Notes: a model not told the origin generated them from the sequence alone. Counted from the first letter of the stretch, positions 33,896 to 45,191 are shown. The stretch: 64,000 nt of DNA from an uncultured delta proteobacterium (GCA_963747845.1 CAVVGR010000014.1:4437-68436), one strand, 5' to 3'. Made by a program: numbers and translations.

Positions 33896-35131
33896 TCAGT
33901 TCGCCGCGGCGACTCGAGCGCGCCGCGACTTCGTCAGCGCGTCGACATCGAACTTGAACAGGCGCGCCGCATTCAAGCCGAGAATTTTCGCGCGCGCGTC
34001 TTCCGGCAGCGATCCCATCTCGCGCTCGATCGCTTCCGCCGAATGCGGCCAGCTTCCCTCGTGATGCGGATAGTCATTGGCCCACAGGAAGTTGTTGGTC
34101 AGGTTGTATTTCACCGCGAGATCGAGGCCGACCGGATCTTCCTGGAACGAGGCGTATCCATGCGCGCGGAAATACTCGCTCGGCAGCATCTTGAGCCGCG
34201 GCAGCGCCCACATGTGATGCTTGTGATAGGCCTCGTCCATGGCTCCCAGAGCCCACGCGACCCATCCGATGCCCGACTCGATGGCGGCAAATTTGATTCC
34301 CGGGAAGCGCTCGAGCACGCCGGAACCGCAAAGATTTGCGACCGGCTCGATAGTCGGGACGAGCGAATGCGAAACGTAGTTGATGACCGCACCGCCGTCC
34401 TTGCGCGCGGCGCGAGGATCGCGTCCGGTCGAGACGTGGAAGGTGATCGGCAGATCAGCTTCCTGGATCACCGACCACAGCGGATCGAAAATCTGCATGT
34501 TGTAGTTGGGATGACGCGCGTCATGGGCGCCGAAGATCGGCTTGCACGGCAGAGTCAGGCCGCGGAATCCCAGCTTCGCGACGCGTTCGACTTCCTTGAT
34601 CGAACCCTGCAGGTCGGCCGTCGCGATCGCGGCGAGCGGCGACATGCGATCGTTGTATTTCGCGAAGGCCTCCCATGCCCAGTCGTTGTAGACCCGGCAT
34701 TGCGCGTGCGCAAAATCGGCGTCGCTCGTCGCCCACATCGTGAGGCCCTTGTTGGGGAAGATTACTTCGGCATCGACACCGTCGCGGATCTGATCTTTCA
34801 AGCGCTGCTCGGGATCGGCGCCTGCCTTCGAGCGCAGATGGTCTTCGCCTTCGAGGTTGCTGTCGAGCAGGCGCGAGCGCGCCCAACCCTCTGAAATTGT
34901 CCATTTTACGCCGTTCTCATCGACTTCGATTCGCGGCAGCCGATCGCGATACTTGCGATCGATCCGCTCGACCCAAAGATTCGACGGCTCGTTGCAATGA
35001 CAGTCGGCCGAGATCATCAGGTACTTGTCGGGATCGTCCGGCCGCGCAGTGCGCTTCCAGCCGGAATGCCCGGGAGTCTCCAGTCGCCAACGGTTGGGTT
35101 CGTTGATTTCGCCAATATCTGCGCCTGCCAT
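33896..35131 (-). CDS. amidohydrolase family protein (amidohydrolase-2 / ACMSD-like TIM barrel)
   Basis: 411-aa ORF, metal-binding HxH-like start (SADCHCNEP), conserved FHVSTGRD and HHEGSWPH. Confidence 0.75.
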   Translation of the reverse strand: MAGADIGEINEPNRWRLETPGHSGWKRTARPDDPDKYLMISADCHCNEPSNLWVERIDRKYRDRLPRIEVDENGVKWTISEGWARSRLLDSNLEGEDHLRSKAGADPEQRLKDQIRDGVDAEVIFPNKGLTMWATSDADFAHAQCRVYNDWAWEAFAKYNDRMSPLAAIATADLQGSIKEVERVAKLGFRGLTLPCKPIFGAHDARHPNYNMQIFDPLWSVIQEADLPITFHVSTGRDPRAARKDGGAVINYVSHSLVPTIEPVANLCGSGVLERFPGIKFAAIESGIGWVAWALGAMDEAYHKHHMWALPRLKMLPSEYFRAHGYASFQEDPVGLDLAVKYNLTNNFLWANDYPHHEGSWPHSAEAIEREMGSLPEDARAKILGLNAARLFKFDVDALTKSRRARVAAAN

Positions 35132-35231
35132 TACGATACCTCCGAAGTGGCCACTCGGTTCGCTAACACTCGTATGTTAGACGGACCCCACGAAAGGTCA
35201 AGGAAGGGCTGCACCCGCTCGCGCGCGCCGG

Positions 35232-36487
35232 TCAGATAAGAAGGAGCAGGCCGGCGGCGACGATGGCGACGACTCCAAGCACGACCAGCGACAGTTTCAC
35301 CATGATCGCGGCGAGCAGTCCGCCGAGCAATCCCGAGAGTGATTCGGCGCCGACCTGCAAGGCCTGGTTGTTGCCCATCACGCGTCCCTGGTCCGCTTCA
35401 CCAATCGAGGTCGAAAGCATCGTCGCGCATGACGGCAGGCAAATCGCCAACGAGAGCGAAGCCATGAACAGCGTAACCCAGAGCGCGCCGCGATTTGGCG
35501 GAACGACCACGATTACCACGAAGACTCCGGTCAGCAGTGCGGACCAGAGTGTGATCGAGCGCGTGGTGAAGTGTTTCGCCAGATAGCCAGTGAGCCACAG
35601 ATTAGCAAGTACAATAGGCAGTCCGACCCAGGCTATATACTCAGATTCCCGCGATACGCCGAGATGAAATTCATCGACGAGATACATCGGATAGCATCTG
35701 AAGAAGCCGAAAATAGCCAGATAGAGTAGAAAGTTGATTAGGTAGAGGACTCGAATCCGCTTGTCGGTGAAGACGCTGGACAGATTGGTAAACGCGTCGA
35801 AGTAGCTAATCTGCTGGCGCTTCTCCGGCGGGTTCGTCTCGCGGAATTTGACCAGTGTGCCGAGCGTCGTCAGGACCAGCAGTCCAAACACGACCCAGAA
35901 CGGCGTCGCATCGTTGAACCAGCTTACGATCGAAGGTTCCGCCAGCTTGCCGCCCGCCAGCGGGCCGACGATGTAGGCGAGGCTGACGCACATGTAGATG
36001 TAGCCGAAGAATCGATTGCGATCTTCGGCGGCCACCACGTCGGCAATCGCGCTCTGAGCGGTCACGATATTCGCTTCAGCCAGGCCCGCGACGAACAGGC
36101 TAATCGCGAGTGTCGCGAGACTCATGGCCTCGAGCGAAAGCGCGATCGCCGCGTAGCATGCAGTCGTAATCGTGAGCGAGATCAGCAGCACAGGCCGGCG
36201 CCCATAGCGATCCGATAGCGCGCCGAGGACGGGCGATCCGATAAACTGGCCGGCGGGATAAAGTCCCAGGATTATTCCGAGGACGATCGTGCGATACGAC
36301 GATGAGACACCGGTGGAAGAATGACGCTGTCCGGCTTGAGAAACATCGGGGTAAAGATCGTGATCATCAGGCTGTAGCCGACGAAGCCGAAAAAGATCAC
36401 GATGTAGAGCGGCAGCAGCGAGCTGAATGCACGCGCGTCATGATCGCTGCGTGTCGCGAGGCCCGCTTCATCCATCATTCGCCGCAC
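35232..36487 (-). CDS. MFS transporter; N-terminal ~65 aa in a different frame (indel near 36305-36318)
   Basis: ORF 36272-36487 encodes TM1 (LLPLYIVIFFGFVGYSLMITIFTPMFL). The frame of 35232-36191 continues upstream as YRTIVLGIILGLYPAGQFIGSPVLGALSDRYGRRPVLL (MFS motif A). Confidence 0.7.
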
Positions 36488-36547
36488 CCGTCACGACGCC
36501 GAAATCTAGCGACATTTTGCGCCGTTCGATAGTAAGGATGAAGTGAC

Positions 36548-37033
36548 ATGGTTGTAATCGTTATGGGCGTCACCGGCGCCGGCAAGACTACAGTCGGGCG
36601 CGCGCTCGCGTCGTCGCTCGGATGGGAGTTTCACGACGGCGACGATCTGCATACCGAAGCGAGCAAGCTCAAGATGCATCGCGGGATCGCGCTCGATGAC
36701 GCCGATCGGGCGCCGTGGCTGCGCGCGATTCGAGAGTTGATCGTGTCGATGCTGGCGGGCGGCAGAAACGGCGTCGTCGCATGCTCCGCGCTCAAGCAGT
36801 CTTATCGCGACGAGCTGGTCGTGGACCCCAGCTCGGTGAAAGTCGTCTATCTAAGGGGATCGAAAGAGTTGATCGCCGACCGGCTGCGCAATCGCGGCGG
36901 TCATTTCATGAATCCGGAGCTGCTTCAAAGCCAGATCGACACGCTGGAGGAGCCTCGCGACGCGATCGTCATCGACGCGTCGGCCGCTCCAGAAGCCATC
37001 GTCGGTGCGATCAGAGCGCGGCTGGCGCTTTAG
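36548..37033 (+). CDS. gntK: gluconokinase (GntK/IdnK family)
   Basis: P-loop GVTGAGKTTVGRALA, gluconokinase-like length (161 aa) and motifs. Confidence 0.75.
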   Translation: MVVIVMGVTGAGKTTVGRALASSLGWEFHDGDDLHTEASKLKMHRGIALDDADRAPWLRAIRELIVSMLAGGRNGVVACSALKQSYRDELVVDPSSVKVVYLRGSKELIADRLRNRGGHFMNPELLQSQIDTLEEPRDAIVIDASAAPEAIVGAIRARLAL

Positions 37034-37041
37034 CCAGGGTC

Positions 37042-38373
37042 CTACTCCGTGGTGACCGGGGGCGTCTCCGCGTTTGGCGAGAGTTCCTCGAGCGTCTTGC
37101 CGCGAGTCTCGGGCACGAAAAAAATCACGATAACGACGCCAATCAGAGGGCCAACGGCAAATATCGACGCCGCGTTGCCCAGACCGCCAAGCGGCCGCGA
37201 GAGCATGCCGATAGCCAGCGGCGACAGCATCCAACAGACCTGCCCGATCACCTGGACGCACAGGCTGTAGCCGGTTGCGCGAATCGCGGTGGGAAACAAC
37301 TCGGTCGAAAGCGCAGAGGTCGCGGTGCGCGCCGCTTGATAGGCAAACATCGTGATCACTTCGGCGATAAGGATCGCGCCGTAGCCGTCGCTGGTGAACA
37401 GCATGTACATCGCGGCCGCCGACATCAGGTAGAAGAAGCTGGTGGTGAATTTTCGTCCCAGCCGGTCCATCAGAAATCCGCTCAACATGCTGCCGATGGT
37501 GCCCATGGCGTAGGCGAGAATTATTGCCGCGGCGACCTGGTGCGATTTCCAGAGATGATCGCGCTTGGCGTAGAGGCTGAAGTAGGTGACCAACGGCCCG
37601 CCGACCAAGCCAATCGAGTTCCACAGCGCGGCCATCACCAGCAGTCGCGAGCGATAAGGGCCCGCGAGCGGCGTCAGGCAATTGCGAATCGAGACCCAGA
37701 ATGCGGGACGCGCCTTGCCCGCCGCGGTCCGCGCCCGCTCGAGTGCGATGAAGCGGGCAGTCTCGCGCAGCCCGCGCCGCAAAAAAGCTATCAACAGCAG
37801 CGGCGCGATCCCGAGCAGGTACATGCCGCGCCATCCCCATCGCGACTCCGCCATGATTGCGTACGTCAGCGCAGCGGCCGTCACGCCGAGAAACGCGACC
37901 ATGTGCAACGCCGCGATCGCGCGTCCGCGCCGCGCGTCGGGAAACTCCTCGCTGATCATAGTGACGGCGACGCCGAATTCGGCCGCGAGGAATATCTGCG
38001 CAGCACTTTGACAAATCGTAAACGAGCCCACGCCTCTCGAAAGCGCGGTGAACAGCGTCAGCACCGTGTAACAAAGTACGGTGACGGAGATGATCGGTTT
38101 GCGACCGAAACGATCGGCCAGGATTACGACGAAGAACGACAGCATCCCGCCAAACCGCACCAGCGTCGCCATCAGGCCGATGGCGGGATCGGCCAGGTGA
38201 AAGGTGCGCGCGATTTCGGGAGTCGCCAGATGGAAGATCGTGATGTCGTAGCCTTCGAAAATCGTCGCCGACATCAGCATCGCGAACAGCGCCGACAGGT
38301 AACGCTGCGGCCGCGGGATCCAGGTGGCTAATTTCGCTGGTTCGGCCGGGCGGTTTGGATGAGCGGCTTGCAT
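37042..38373 (-). CDS. MFS transporter (metabolite:H+ symporter-like)
   Basis: 12-TM ORF. Likely start MQAAHPNRPAE at 38373 (the ORF track extends to 38478). Motif LADRFGRKP. Confidence 0.8.
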   Translation of the reverse strand: MQAAHPNRPAEPAKLATWIPRPQRYLSALFAMLMSATIFEGYDITIFHLATPEIARTFHLADPAIGLMATLVRFGGMLSFFVVILADRFGRKPIISVTVLCYTVLTLFTALSRGVGSFTICQSAAQIFLAAEFGVAVTMISEEFPDARRGRAIAALHMVAFLGVTAAALTYAIMAESRWGWRGMYLLGIAPLLLIAFLRRGLRETARFIALERARTAAGKARPAFWVSIRNCLTPLAGPYRSRLLVMAALWNSIGLVGGPLVTYFSLYAKRDHLWKSHQVAAAIILAYAMGTIGSMLSGFLMDRLGRKFTTSFFYLMSAAAMYMLFTSDGYGAILIAEVITMFAYQAARTATSALSTELFPTAIRATGYSLCVQVIGQVCWMLSPLAIGMLSRPLGGLGNAASIFAVGPLIGVVIVIFFVPETRGKTLEELSPNAETPPVTTE

Positions 38374-38481
38374 TGCAAATACGATGAAGCGCGCAAAGCG
38401 CAGGTCAATTCGACAGGCTTTCAGATCGCGGAACCCCCGGCAAGCAGGGTTGCACGAGCTGAGATCTTGACCCGTCAATAT

Positions 38482-40995
38482 CTATTTTGAACTGCCGTTG
38501 AGTTCGATGTGTTGCGGGCTCTTGGCTGCGTCGTCCTGGAGTTCGAGCGTGCCGGTGTAGCTGCCGCGTTTATCTGGCGCGAACTCGACGGAAATTGTGC
38601 AGGTTCCCCCGTTGGCCGCCAGCGTCTCGCAAGTGTTGGCAGTCACGTTGAACGGCGGAGTGGCCGCGGGAGCGGAGCTGAACGAGATAGGCGACGGATC
38701 GTCGTTGACCAGCGTGATACTTTCCGAGGAACTGGCGGTGCCGGCCGCCTGGGTTCCGAAACTCAACGATTCCGGATCCATCTTCAGTTTCGGCGGGACG
38801 CCTTTGCCCTTCAGTTTGACCGTGGACTTTTCGAACTGGGCGTTGCTGTTCACATGGAGTCGCCCGTCCTGCTTGCCCTTCGCGGTTGGAGCGAACGCGA
38901 CTTCCATCTTGCATGACGTCTTCGGTGCCAGCACCACCGGGCAGTCGCTCGCGACCACGACAAATCCGTCGCTCACCGCAGGCTGTCCCAAAGTCACCGG
39001 TGTTTTGTCAGACTCGTTGGTCACCTTAACCTTTACGGTCTTGCTCTGCCCGCCCACGACCTGGTCCGGGAACCGAATCAACTTCGGCTTGGCTTTCAGT
39101 GTCGCATCAACCTGGGTCGGGCCCGGCGTCGCCGTCGCGGTCGGAGTGGCTCCAGTGGCAGTCGCGCTGGGGGTGGCAGTCGCGGTGGCTCCGGTGGGCG
39201 TCGCGCTGGGAGTGGCAGTGCTGGTCACAGTCGCGGTGGGCGTGACGGTTGCGGTTGCAGTCGGGGTTGTCGAGTCGGCCTTACTCCGTCGGGAAACAGG
39301 CCGAACACGGCGAGCTGGGTTTGCGTTCCCATGTAGACCGAGCCGTTGGCTACTGTTGGCACGCTGAACTTTGATTGCGGGGCCGGGGTTATCAGCACTG
39401 TACTGGTTGCTGTCGTACAGCTCGGACGTAAGATTGGTCGCGTCGAAAGCATAGAGAATCGCAGTGCCGGCGGTTTTCCATGCCGAAGCGTTGATCGCCC
39501 ACAGGATGCCGCCGGTCGTGCCGTTGGCCGAAATAACCGGCGATGGGCCGGGGTAGTTGAATTGGTAATTGGAGGCCACCGATGCGGGCGGCGTCTGAAT
39601 CATTCCATTGCTGATGACCCACATTTTCGGATGGTCGCCGTTGCCGACGGTGTAGATCATGTTCTGCAGACCGACGCCCGGTACGTTGCCTTGCCAGTAT
39701 GCGGGCGTGCTGAACATTCCACCGACCGCGCTGTCCAGTTCCTGCACCATCATGTCGGTGGTGGCATTGAATCCGCCCATGTTGTCGCGATTGACGAGAT
39801 AAAGGTTGCCCAGCTTGCCGGCACCGAGCATGAGATGAGGATTTGGCCCGGGCTGATCGGGCAGTAAAAGATTGCCGCCGGAGCCCATGTCGAAGTCGTT
39901 TTCGGAGAGGTACAGTTCATCGGACGGCGTGAAATAATCGTCGAGCATCATCGACGTCGTTGCGACTTGCGGCGTCAGGCGAAGGAAGCTGTCGCCGAAG
40001 TCCGCGATCGGCGTAACCGTGGTGTCGAAAGTTCCGTTGCCCGTGATCACATACAGGTCGCCGTTGGTATCGACTCCCGGACCGCATCCGGCTTCCCAGA
40101 TGCCACTTTCCGTGCCGTTGGGCGACGTGTTGAACACCTCCTTTTGCATCAACGACGTCTCGTCGTAGCCGAGAATCCATCCGTGATACGGCCCGTAGTC
40201 GCAATGCGACGCGAAACTCAAATAGACGATGCCGTTGGAGAGCGTCAGCGCCGGCCGGTCATGCTCCCTGAACGGATTAAAGGAAACTGCGCCGCCGAGG
40301 CCGTCCGTCGCGGTCCCCGGCACTTTGGCGGTAATCGTCACCGGGCTGTTCGCCTGCTCGGCGCCGGTGGTGATATCGAGCGCGTGGAGTTGTTGCTGAT
40401 AGGTGGCAGGGCCCCAGCTTGACCTTCGAGACGACGTACAGCGTGCCGGTCGACGAATCGATAACGGGCGTGGCGGTGATGCCGATAATGGGGGTCAGGT
40501 CGTTGCATCCAATATCGGAAGACGGCATCGCGGTGATTCCTTCAGCCGGATTGATGAAGCTGGTATGCCAGAGCGGAGGTCCCGCCGCGTCGGCGTCGAA
40601 CGCGTACACGCTGTCGTTTTCCGTCGCGACGTACACGACGTTGTGCGTTCCCTGGCCAGGGATCTGCACCGCCGGCACATACAGCGGCTGCGCGTACTCC
40701 TCGCCGTCGATAGGGTCGGTGAACTGCAGGCCGAATTTCGACGCGGTGACAGTCGAGGGCGTCAGCACGCTCTCGTTGAGGTTTTGCCCAGTGCGGAAAT
40801 TATCGTTGCGGTACTGGAACGTACCGAGGTATCCGGCCTCGACCGCGCGCGCCGCGACATGCTTGCGCGCAGGCGTGCGACTGCCCGTCAGCCGCAGCCG
40901 CGTCGTCTACTGAATCGACGCCTGAAACAACTGCGACGAGTGCCGCACACGCCGAGAACCAAAGCCCCCCACGATCTGTGAGTCACTGTCCCCCG
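38482..40995 (-). CDS. secreted PQQ-like beta-propeller repeat protein with T/A/P linker and two C-terminal Ig-like (choice-of-anchor-D/ASH-like) beta-sandwich domains; frameshifted near 40385-40410, 40870-40900 and 40965
   Basis: PQQ-type repeats (VYAFDADAAGPPLWHTS, ILYAFDATNLTSELYDS). The N-terminal signal-peptide-like segment (LWFSACAALVAVVSGV) lies in a third frame next to a C6/G6 homopolymer. Confidence 0.65.
39120..39285 (-). repeat. imperfect tandem repeats encoding a T/A/P-rich linker (TPTATATVTPTATVTSTATPSATPTGATATATP...)
   Basis: GC-rich 9-12-nt periodic repeats (GGCAGTCGCGGTGGC-type on the + strand). Confidence 0.75.
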
Positions 40996-41764
40996 CCCAA
41001 TGTTACAGTCATGTGCGCCGCATCTTACTGATGCAAGTACAGTACGTCTAGAATCGAAACCCGGTTACGTACCGTGGCCTACCTTAGGGCGTCGCTGCCA
41101 AGGGCGGGAGTGACGAAATGGACACAGGCCCGGAACTCCGGGCCTGCTCCCAGGCGAAGTCGCGATGGTGTCCTCCCGATCACATCGCGGCGGAAAGAGC
41201 GAAAAGAAAATCGATCAGTGCGGCCCGATGTGGAAAGACGCCATTCTCGCGCCACTTATCATCCCGACGCTTGGCGGTGTAATTCTGTAGTGGTGTAGCG
41301 TCGAGACGAGCATCCACGCGATCGCAATCACCGCACCTACGATCAGAATCAGATCGTGCGATGACCTGAGGACCGACTTTCGGCTGACTTGCATATATCC
41401 TTCCGGCGCGTCCCCCTACCTGCAAATACGCTGCCGCTCCACTGGAGTACTCTCGCAAAAGCTGGACCGGGCGCCGTATTACAGCATTTGCAACGTTTTC
41501 GTGGTTTTAGAGGAGCAACTTTGGGTGAATTTTTCCCTTCAATACAGGACATTTTTCCCCGTTTTTGACCTCCATCGTTTCAAATCGATATGTTTTGAAA
41601 ATCCAACAGTTTGTAGCATTGGACGCAAATACGCGGTTGCGCCGATGCACCTCGTTTCAAGTTGATTGATACGCCCCCCTCGCCACGCTGTGCCGCCAGA
41701 CCCGACCGTGGTGATATATGGAGTTCGCAGCGCGAAAAGCGTCGGCACACGAAGGAGTTGGCAG

Positions 41765-43003
41765 ATGAGCGGCAGGAGCATCACGATCAAGGCGCAAAAC
41801 GGCGGAACGTTCAGCGGCTATCTCGCGACGCCGCCTTCGGGATCGGGTCCGGGAATATTGGTGCTGCAAGAGATTTTCGGCGTCAGCGCGCACATCCGGT
41901 CGGTCGTCGATCGGTGGGCCGAAGAAGGATACGTCGCGCTCGCGCCAGACCTGTTCTGGCGTCTGCAACCCGGCGTCGATCTCGGCTTCACGCCTGACGA
42001 CGTCAAAACCGCGCGCGATCTGGGCGGGCGCTTCGACATCGATCAGGGCGTGCGCGACATGGGCGACGCGATTGCAGCGATGAAGGCGCTACCCGAATTC
42101 AAGGGCAAGGTCGGCGCGGTCGGCTATTGCCTTGGCGGGCGCCTCGCCTTCCTGGCCGCCGCGCGTCTCGGCGTCGACGCGGCAGTCAGCTACTACGGCA
42201 CGCGGATGGACGGCCATCTCGACGAGGTGAAGTCGGTGCGATGCCCGATCATGTTCCACTTCGGCGGCAAGGACGCCGCGGTGCCGCCCGAAACGCGCGA
42301 CAGGATTCGCGCCGCGTTCAGCGCGCATGACGACGCCGAGTTCTACGTCTATGCCGACGCGGGTCACGCCTTCAACAACGATCGGCGCACCGAGGCTTAC
42401 GATCCGTTCGCGGCGCAGCTCGCGCGCTCGAGGTCGATCGGGCTGTTCCGGCGCACGCTCGGTCCGCGCTACGACTTGAGTGAGCTATGGGACAATCATG
42501 CCGAGCAGGAATTCAAATATCGCGATCCCGCCGCGACCGTGGCGACGATGACGCCCGACGCCTACGTCAACCACGTGCCGACTCTGACGGGAGGCTACGG
42601 CGCCAAGGAACTTCTTCGCTTCTACAAATATCACTTCATCTCGCGCCTGCCCGCGGACACCCGCGTCGTGTCGGTTTCGCGGACCATTGGTCCCGACCGC
42701 GTCGTGGACGAAGCGATCTTCTGCTTCACGCACGATTGCGAAATAGATTTCATGATCCCCGGCGTCGCGCCGACCGGAAAATACGTCGAGGTGCCGCTTA
42801 TCGTGGTCATCGAGTTCCGCGGCGACAAGCTCTACAACGAGCACATCTACTGGGATCAGGCGTCGATCCTCGCGCAGCTTGGCGTGCTCGACGCCAAAGG
42901 CCTGCCGATTGCCGGAATCGAAGCCGCGAACAAAGCCAGGGGTGAGCAGGTGGCCTCGAACGCGATGATGCCGACGTGGAAAAACAGCGAGGGCAAAAAC
43001 TAG
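41765..43003 (+). CDS. fusion protein: dienelactone hydrolase-family domain + C-terminal SnoaL/NTF2-like (ester-cyclase-like) domain
   Basis: AAGGAG ribosome-binding site. N-terminal DLH motifs (GAVGYCLGGRLA, HAF). The C-terminal ~170 aa form an NTF2-like fold. Confidence 0.7.
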   Translation: MSGRSITIKAQNGGTFSGYLATPPSGSGPGILVLQEIFGVSAHIRSVVDRWAEEGYVALAPDLFWRLQPGVDLGFTPDDVKTARDLGGRFDIDQGVRDMGDAIAAMKALPEFKGKVGAVGYCLGGRLAFLAAARLGVDAAVSYYGTRMDGHLDEVKSVRCPIMFHFGGKDAAVPPETRDRIRAAFSAHDDAEFYVYADAGHAFNNDRRTEAYDPFAAQLARSRSIGLFRRTLGPRYDLSELWDNHAEQEFKYRDPAATVATMTPDAYVNHVPTLTGGYGAKELLRFYKYHFISRLPADTRVVSVSRTIGPDRVVDEAIFCFTHDCEIDFMIPGVAPTGKYVEVPLIVVIEFRGDKLYNEHIYWDQASILAQLGVLDAKGLPIAGIEAANKARGEQVASNAMMPTWKNSEGKN

Positions 43004-43047
43004 CCCGGTAGCTGGATGGGCGCGAATCGGTCGGATACGATCGCGCG

Positions 43048-43632
43048 ATGGCTATCAAGCGAGTCTGCGTTTATTGCGCGTCGAGCCGTCAATGCGACGC
43101 CGCCTATCACGACGCCGCCACGCGTCTCGGGCGCGAGTTGGCGCGCAACAAGGTGACGCTGGTCTATGGCGGCGGCAGTGTCGGATCGATGGGGCATCTT
43201 GCCGACGGCGCGCTGGCTGAAGGCGGCCGCGTGGTCGGCGTGCTGCCGCGGTTCATGTACGACCTCGAATGGGGTCACCGGGGCTTGAGCGAGCTGATAA
43301 TCGTGAACGACCTGCATGAGCGCAAACGCCTGATGATCGACGAAGTCGATGCGGTCATCGCGCTGCCGGGTGGATGCGGCACGCTCGAGGAGCTGTTCGA
43401 AGCGATCACGTGGAAGCGGCTGGGATTGTTCGGCGGCCCGATCGTGCTGGTAAACACGCTGGGGTTCTATTCGCCGTGCGTGTCGTTCCTGGAGAGCTGC
43501 ATCGAGCGGCGCTTCATGGACGATCGTCATCGCAAGATGTGGTCGCTGGTCGAGCAGCCCGAAGATGTCCTCGACGCTATCGCGAGCGCGCCGCCATGGC
43601 CGCACGAAAACCGAGGTTTCGCCGCTCTCTGA
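43048..43632 (+). CDS. LOG family protein (TIGR00730; cytokinin riboside 5'-monophosphate phosphoribohydrolase-like)
   Basis: VCVYCASS...GGGSVGSMG...PGGCGTLEEL are LOG motifs. Confidence 0.8.
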   Translation: MAIKRVCVYCASSRQCDAAYHDAATRLGRELARNKVTLVYGGGSVGSMGHLADGALAEGGRVVGVLPRFMYDLEWGHRGLSELIIVNDLHERKRLMIDEVDAVIALPGGCGTLEELFEAITWKRLGLFGGPIVLVNTLGFYSPCVSFLESCIERRFMDDRHRKMWSLVEQPEDVLDAIASAPPWPHENRGFAAL

Positions 43633-43654
43633 AGAGTAACCCAGCGGCGAGCGC

Positions 43655-44521
43655 TTACCAGTTGATTGCTTGCGGAAAGGCTACCGTTATGCCGAACGCT
43701 ATGCTGGTTTGCGGCGCGATCGGGGCGTATTGCCTATACGCCATCCACTGGCCGGCTACATAGAAGTTTATCGGCGGCAGGCCCGGGCGCACCATCACGC
43801 GGCCCAGTCCCGCACTTAGCGGTATCATCGTCGGGTAGTGACGCCGCCAGCCTAACGTCCAGGTTGCATCGGCCGATCGCAGGTACCATCCGCGCCACAG
43901 GTGGATCAACGCGACAGGCTGAAATTCGAACGTGTTTTGCGGTGGCCGGTGAGGATTCGTGTATGCGAATGAGATCGGATTCTGCAGCAGGAATCCGGCC
44001 AGGAACCACGGAATCCCCAGGTAGGCGGTGGCAAAGGCCGGACCTGCCTGCCACGCGCCCTGCCCTGCGCTGGTAGAGGTCGCGGTCGGGAACACAAAGG
44101 TTGGACCCACACCGAATTTCAATCCGGTTTCCGGCCACGGCCACGGCAGCACCGCCAGGTCAAACAGGCTGGTATCGCCCAGCTCAGTGCGAGATCCGCC
44201 GCGCGAGCTGGGGACAGTCACCAGCGAAAACGTCGGCCTGATGAGCTGGACGAATGGAAGAAGACTGTTGGCCGGTATCCGGGGAATGATCGCCCGCAGG
44301 ATAGCGGTGTTGGTCTGCACGTGAACGCCGTAAGTTGCCGGCGCCCAGGTGTCCTTGAAGAACACTTGCGGCAGGACGGTTAGCGGATCGGTGAATTCCT
44401 GCTCGAGCTGCTCATTAGGAGTCGCCGCCGACTGAGCTCGCGCGAATCCAGCATCCAGGCAGCCTAGACATAGGATTATCAGTAAGGCGCAAAGCGTTCC
44501 GCGAATTTTCATCAGCAGCAA
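43655..44521 (-). CDS. secreted hypothetical protein (possible outer-membrane protein)
   Basis: Signal peptide MKIRGTLCALLIILCLGCLDAGFARA. Aromatic-rich, ends in W. Confidence 0.5.
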   Translation of the reverse strand: MLLMKIRGTLCALLIILCLGCLDAGFARAQSAATPNEQLEQEFTDPLTVLPQVFFKDTWAPATYGVHVQTNTAILRAIIPRIPANSLLPFVQLIRPTFSLVTVPSSRGGSRTELGDTSLFDLAVLPWPWPETGLKFGVGPTFVFPTATSTSAGQGAWQAGPAFATAYLGIPWFLAGFLLQNPISFAYTNPHRPPQNTFEFQPVALIHLWRGWYLRSADATWTLGWRRHYPTMIPLSAGLGRVMVRPGLPPINFYVAGQWMAYRQYAPIAPQTSIAFGITVAFPQAINW

Positions 44522-44664
44522 TCCGAGACTAGGACGAGCGCCGTTATAATCTGTCAGGGAGCCGTCGAGGGTCTATTGTACCTTCGTACAATGGATGCGG
44601 GCGGGGCGGCGCAGGAGGACTAACGTTCGACTTGTCGAGGGTGCCGGGTCCCGAACTTCGGGTG

Positions 44665-45084
44665 TCAGCCGACCGCAGCGGACCGCGCTACTTCGTCGAC
44701 GCCGACAGTCATGGCCTTGATCGCTGCGGCGCTGTGCGGGCCTAGTCCGTGCCGCTGCGCCAGCCACGCGGGATCGTTGTAGGTGAGCCAGACTTTGCCG
44801 TTGGCATCTTCCCAGGCCAGCGCCTTGACCGGGAGATCGATCCCCGCAGTCTGCTGATCCTGCACCAGAGGTGTGCCGAACTCTACTACCGTTTTGGGTT
44901 GCTTCGCTCTGGCGACTGAACCGATAACGAAGTCAGCCGACAGTACCGCCATGTCAACGTTTGCGCGGTTGGACGGCATCGATACGATGAGGCCTCGCCG
45001 AATTTCAGCGATGAGTTCGCAGCAGAGATGACTCTCGGTATTTTCAGCGGCGCTCGAAGTCGGTCTCGCCTCCGGGATCTCCAC
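44665..45084 (-). CDS. DUF302 domain protein
   Basis: VVEFGTPLVQDQQTAGIDLPVKALAWEDANGKVWLTYNDPAWLAQRHGL matches the DUF302 core. Confidence 0.6.
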   Translation of the reverse strand: MEIPEARPTSSAAENTESHLCCELIAEIRRGLIVSMPSNRANVDMAVLSADFVIGSVARAKQPKTVVEFGTPLVQDQQTAGIDLPVKALAWEDANGKVWLTYNDPAWLAQRHGLGPHSAAAIKAMTVGVDEVARSAAVG

Positions 45085-45191
45085 TGTTTGATCGCGATCG
45101 ACTCGAGCACGCGCGCGGCCGCACCCACAAGATGAACTTCCTCCTCAGGCCCATGCGGACAAATCTGTAATGTCTTCACGAAGCGAGCGTT

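Noticed and set aside
36715-38331. 538-aa plus-strand ORF
   Set aside because: Antisense to the MFS transporter 37042-38373. Arg-rich.
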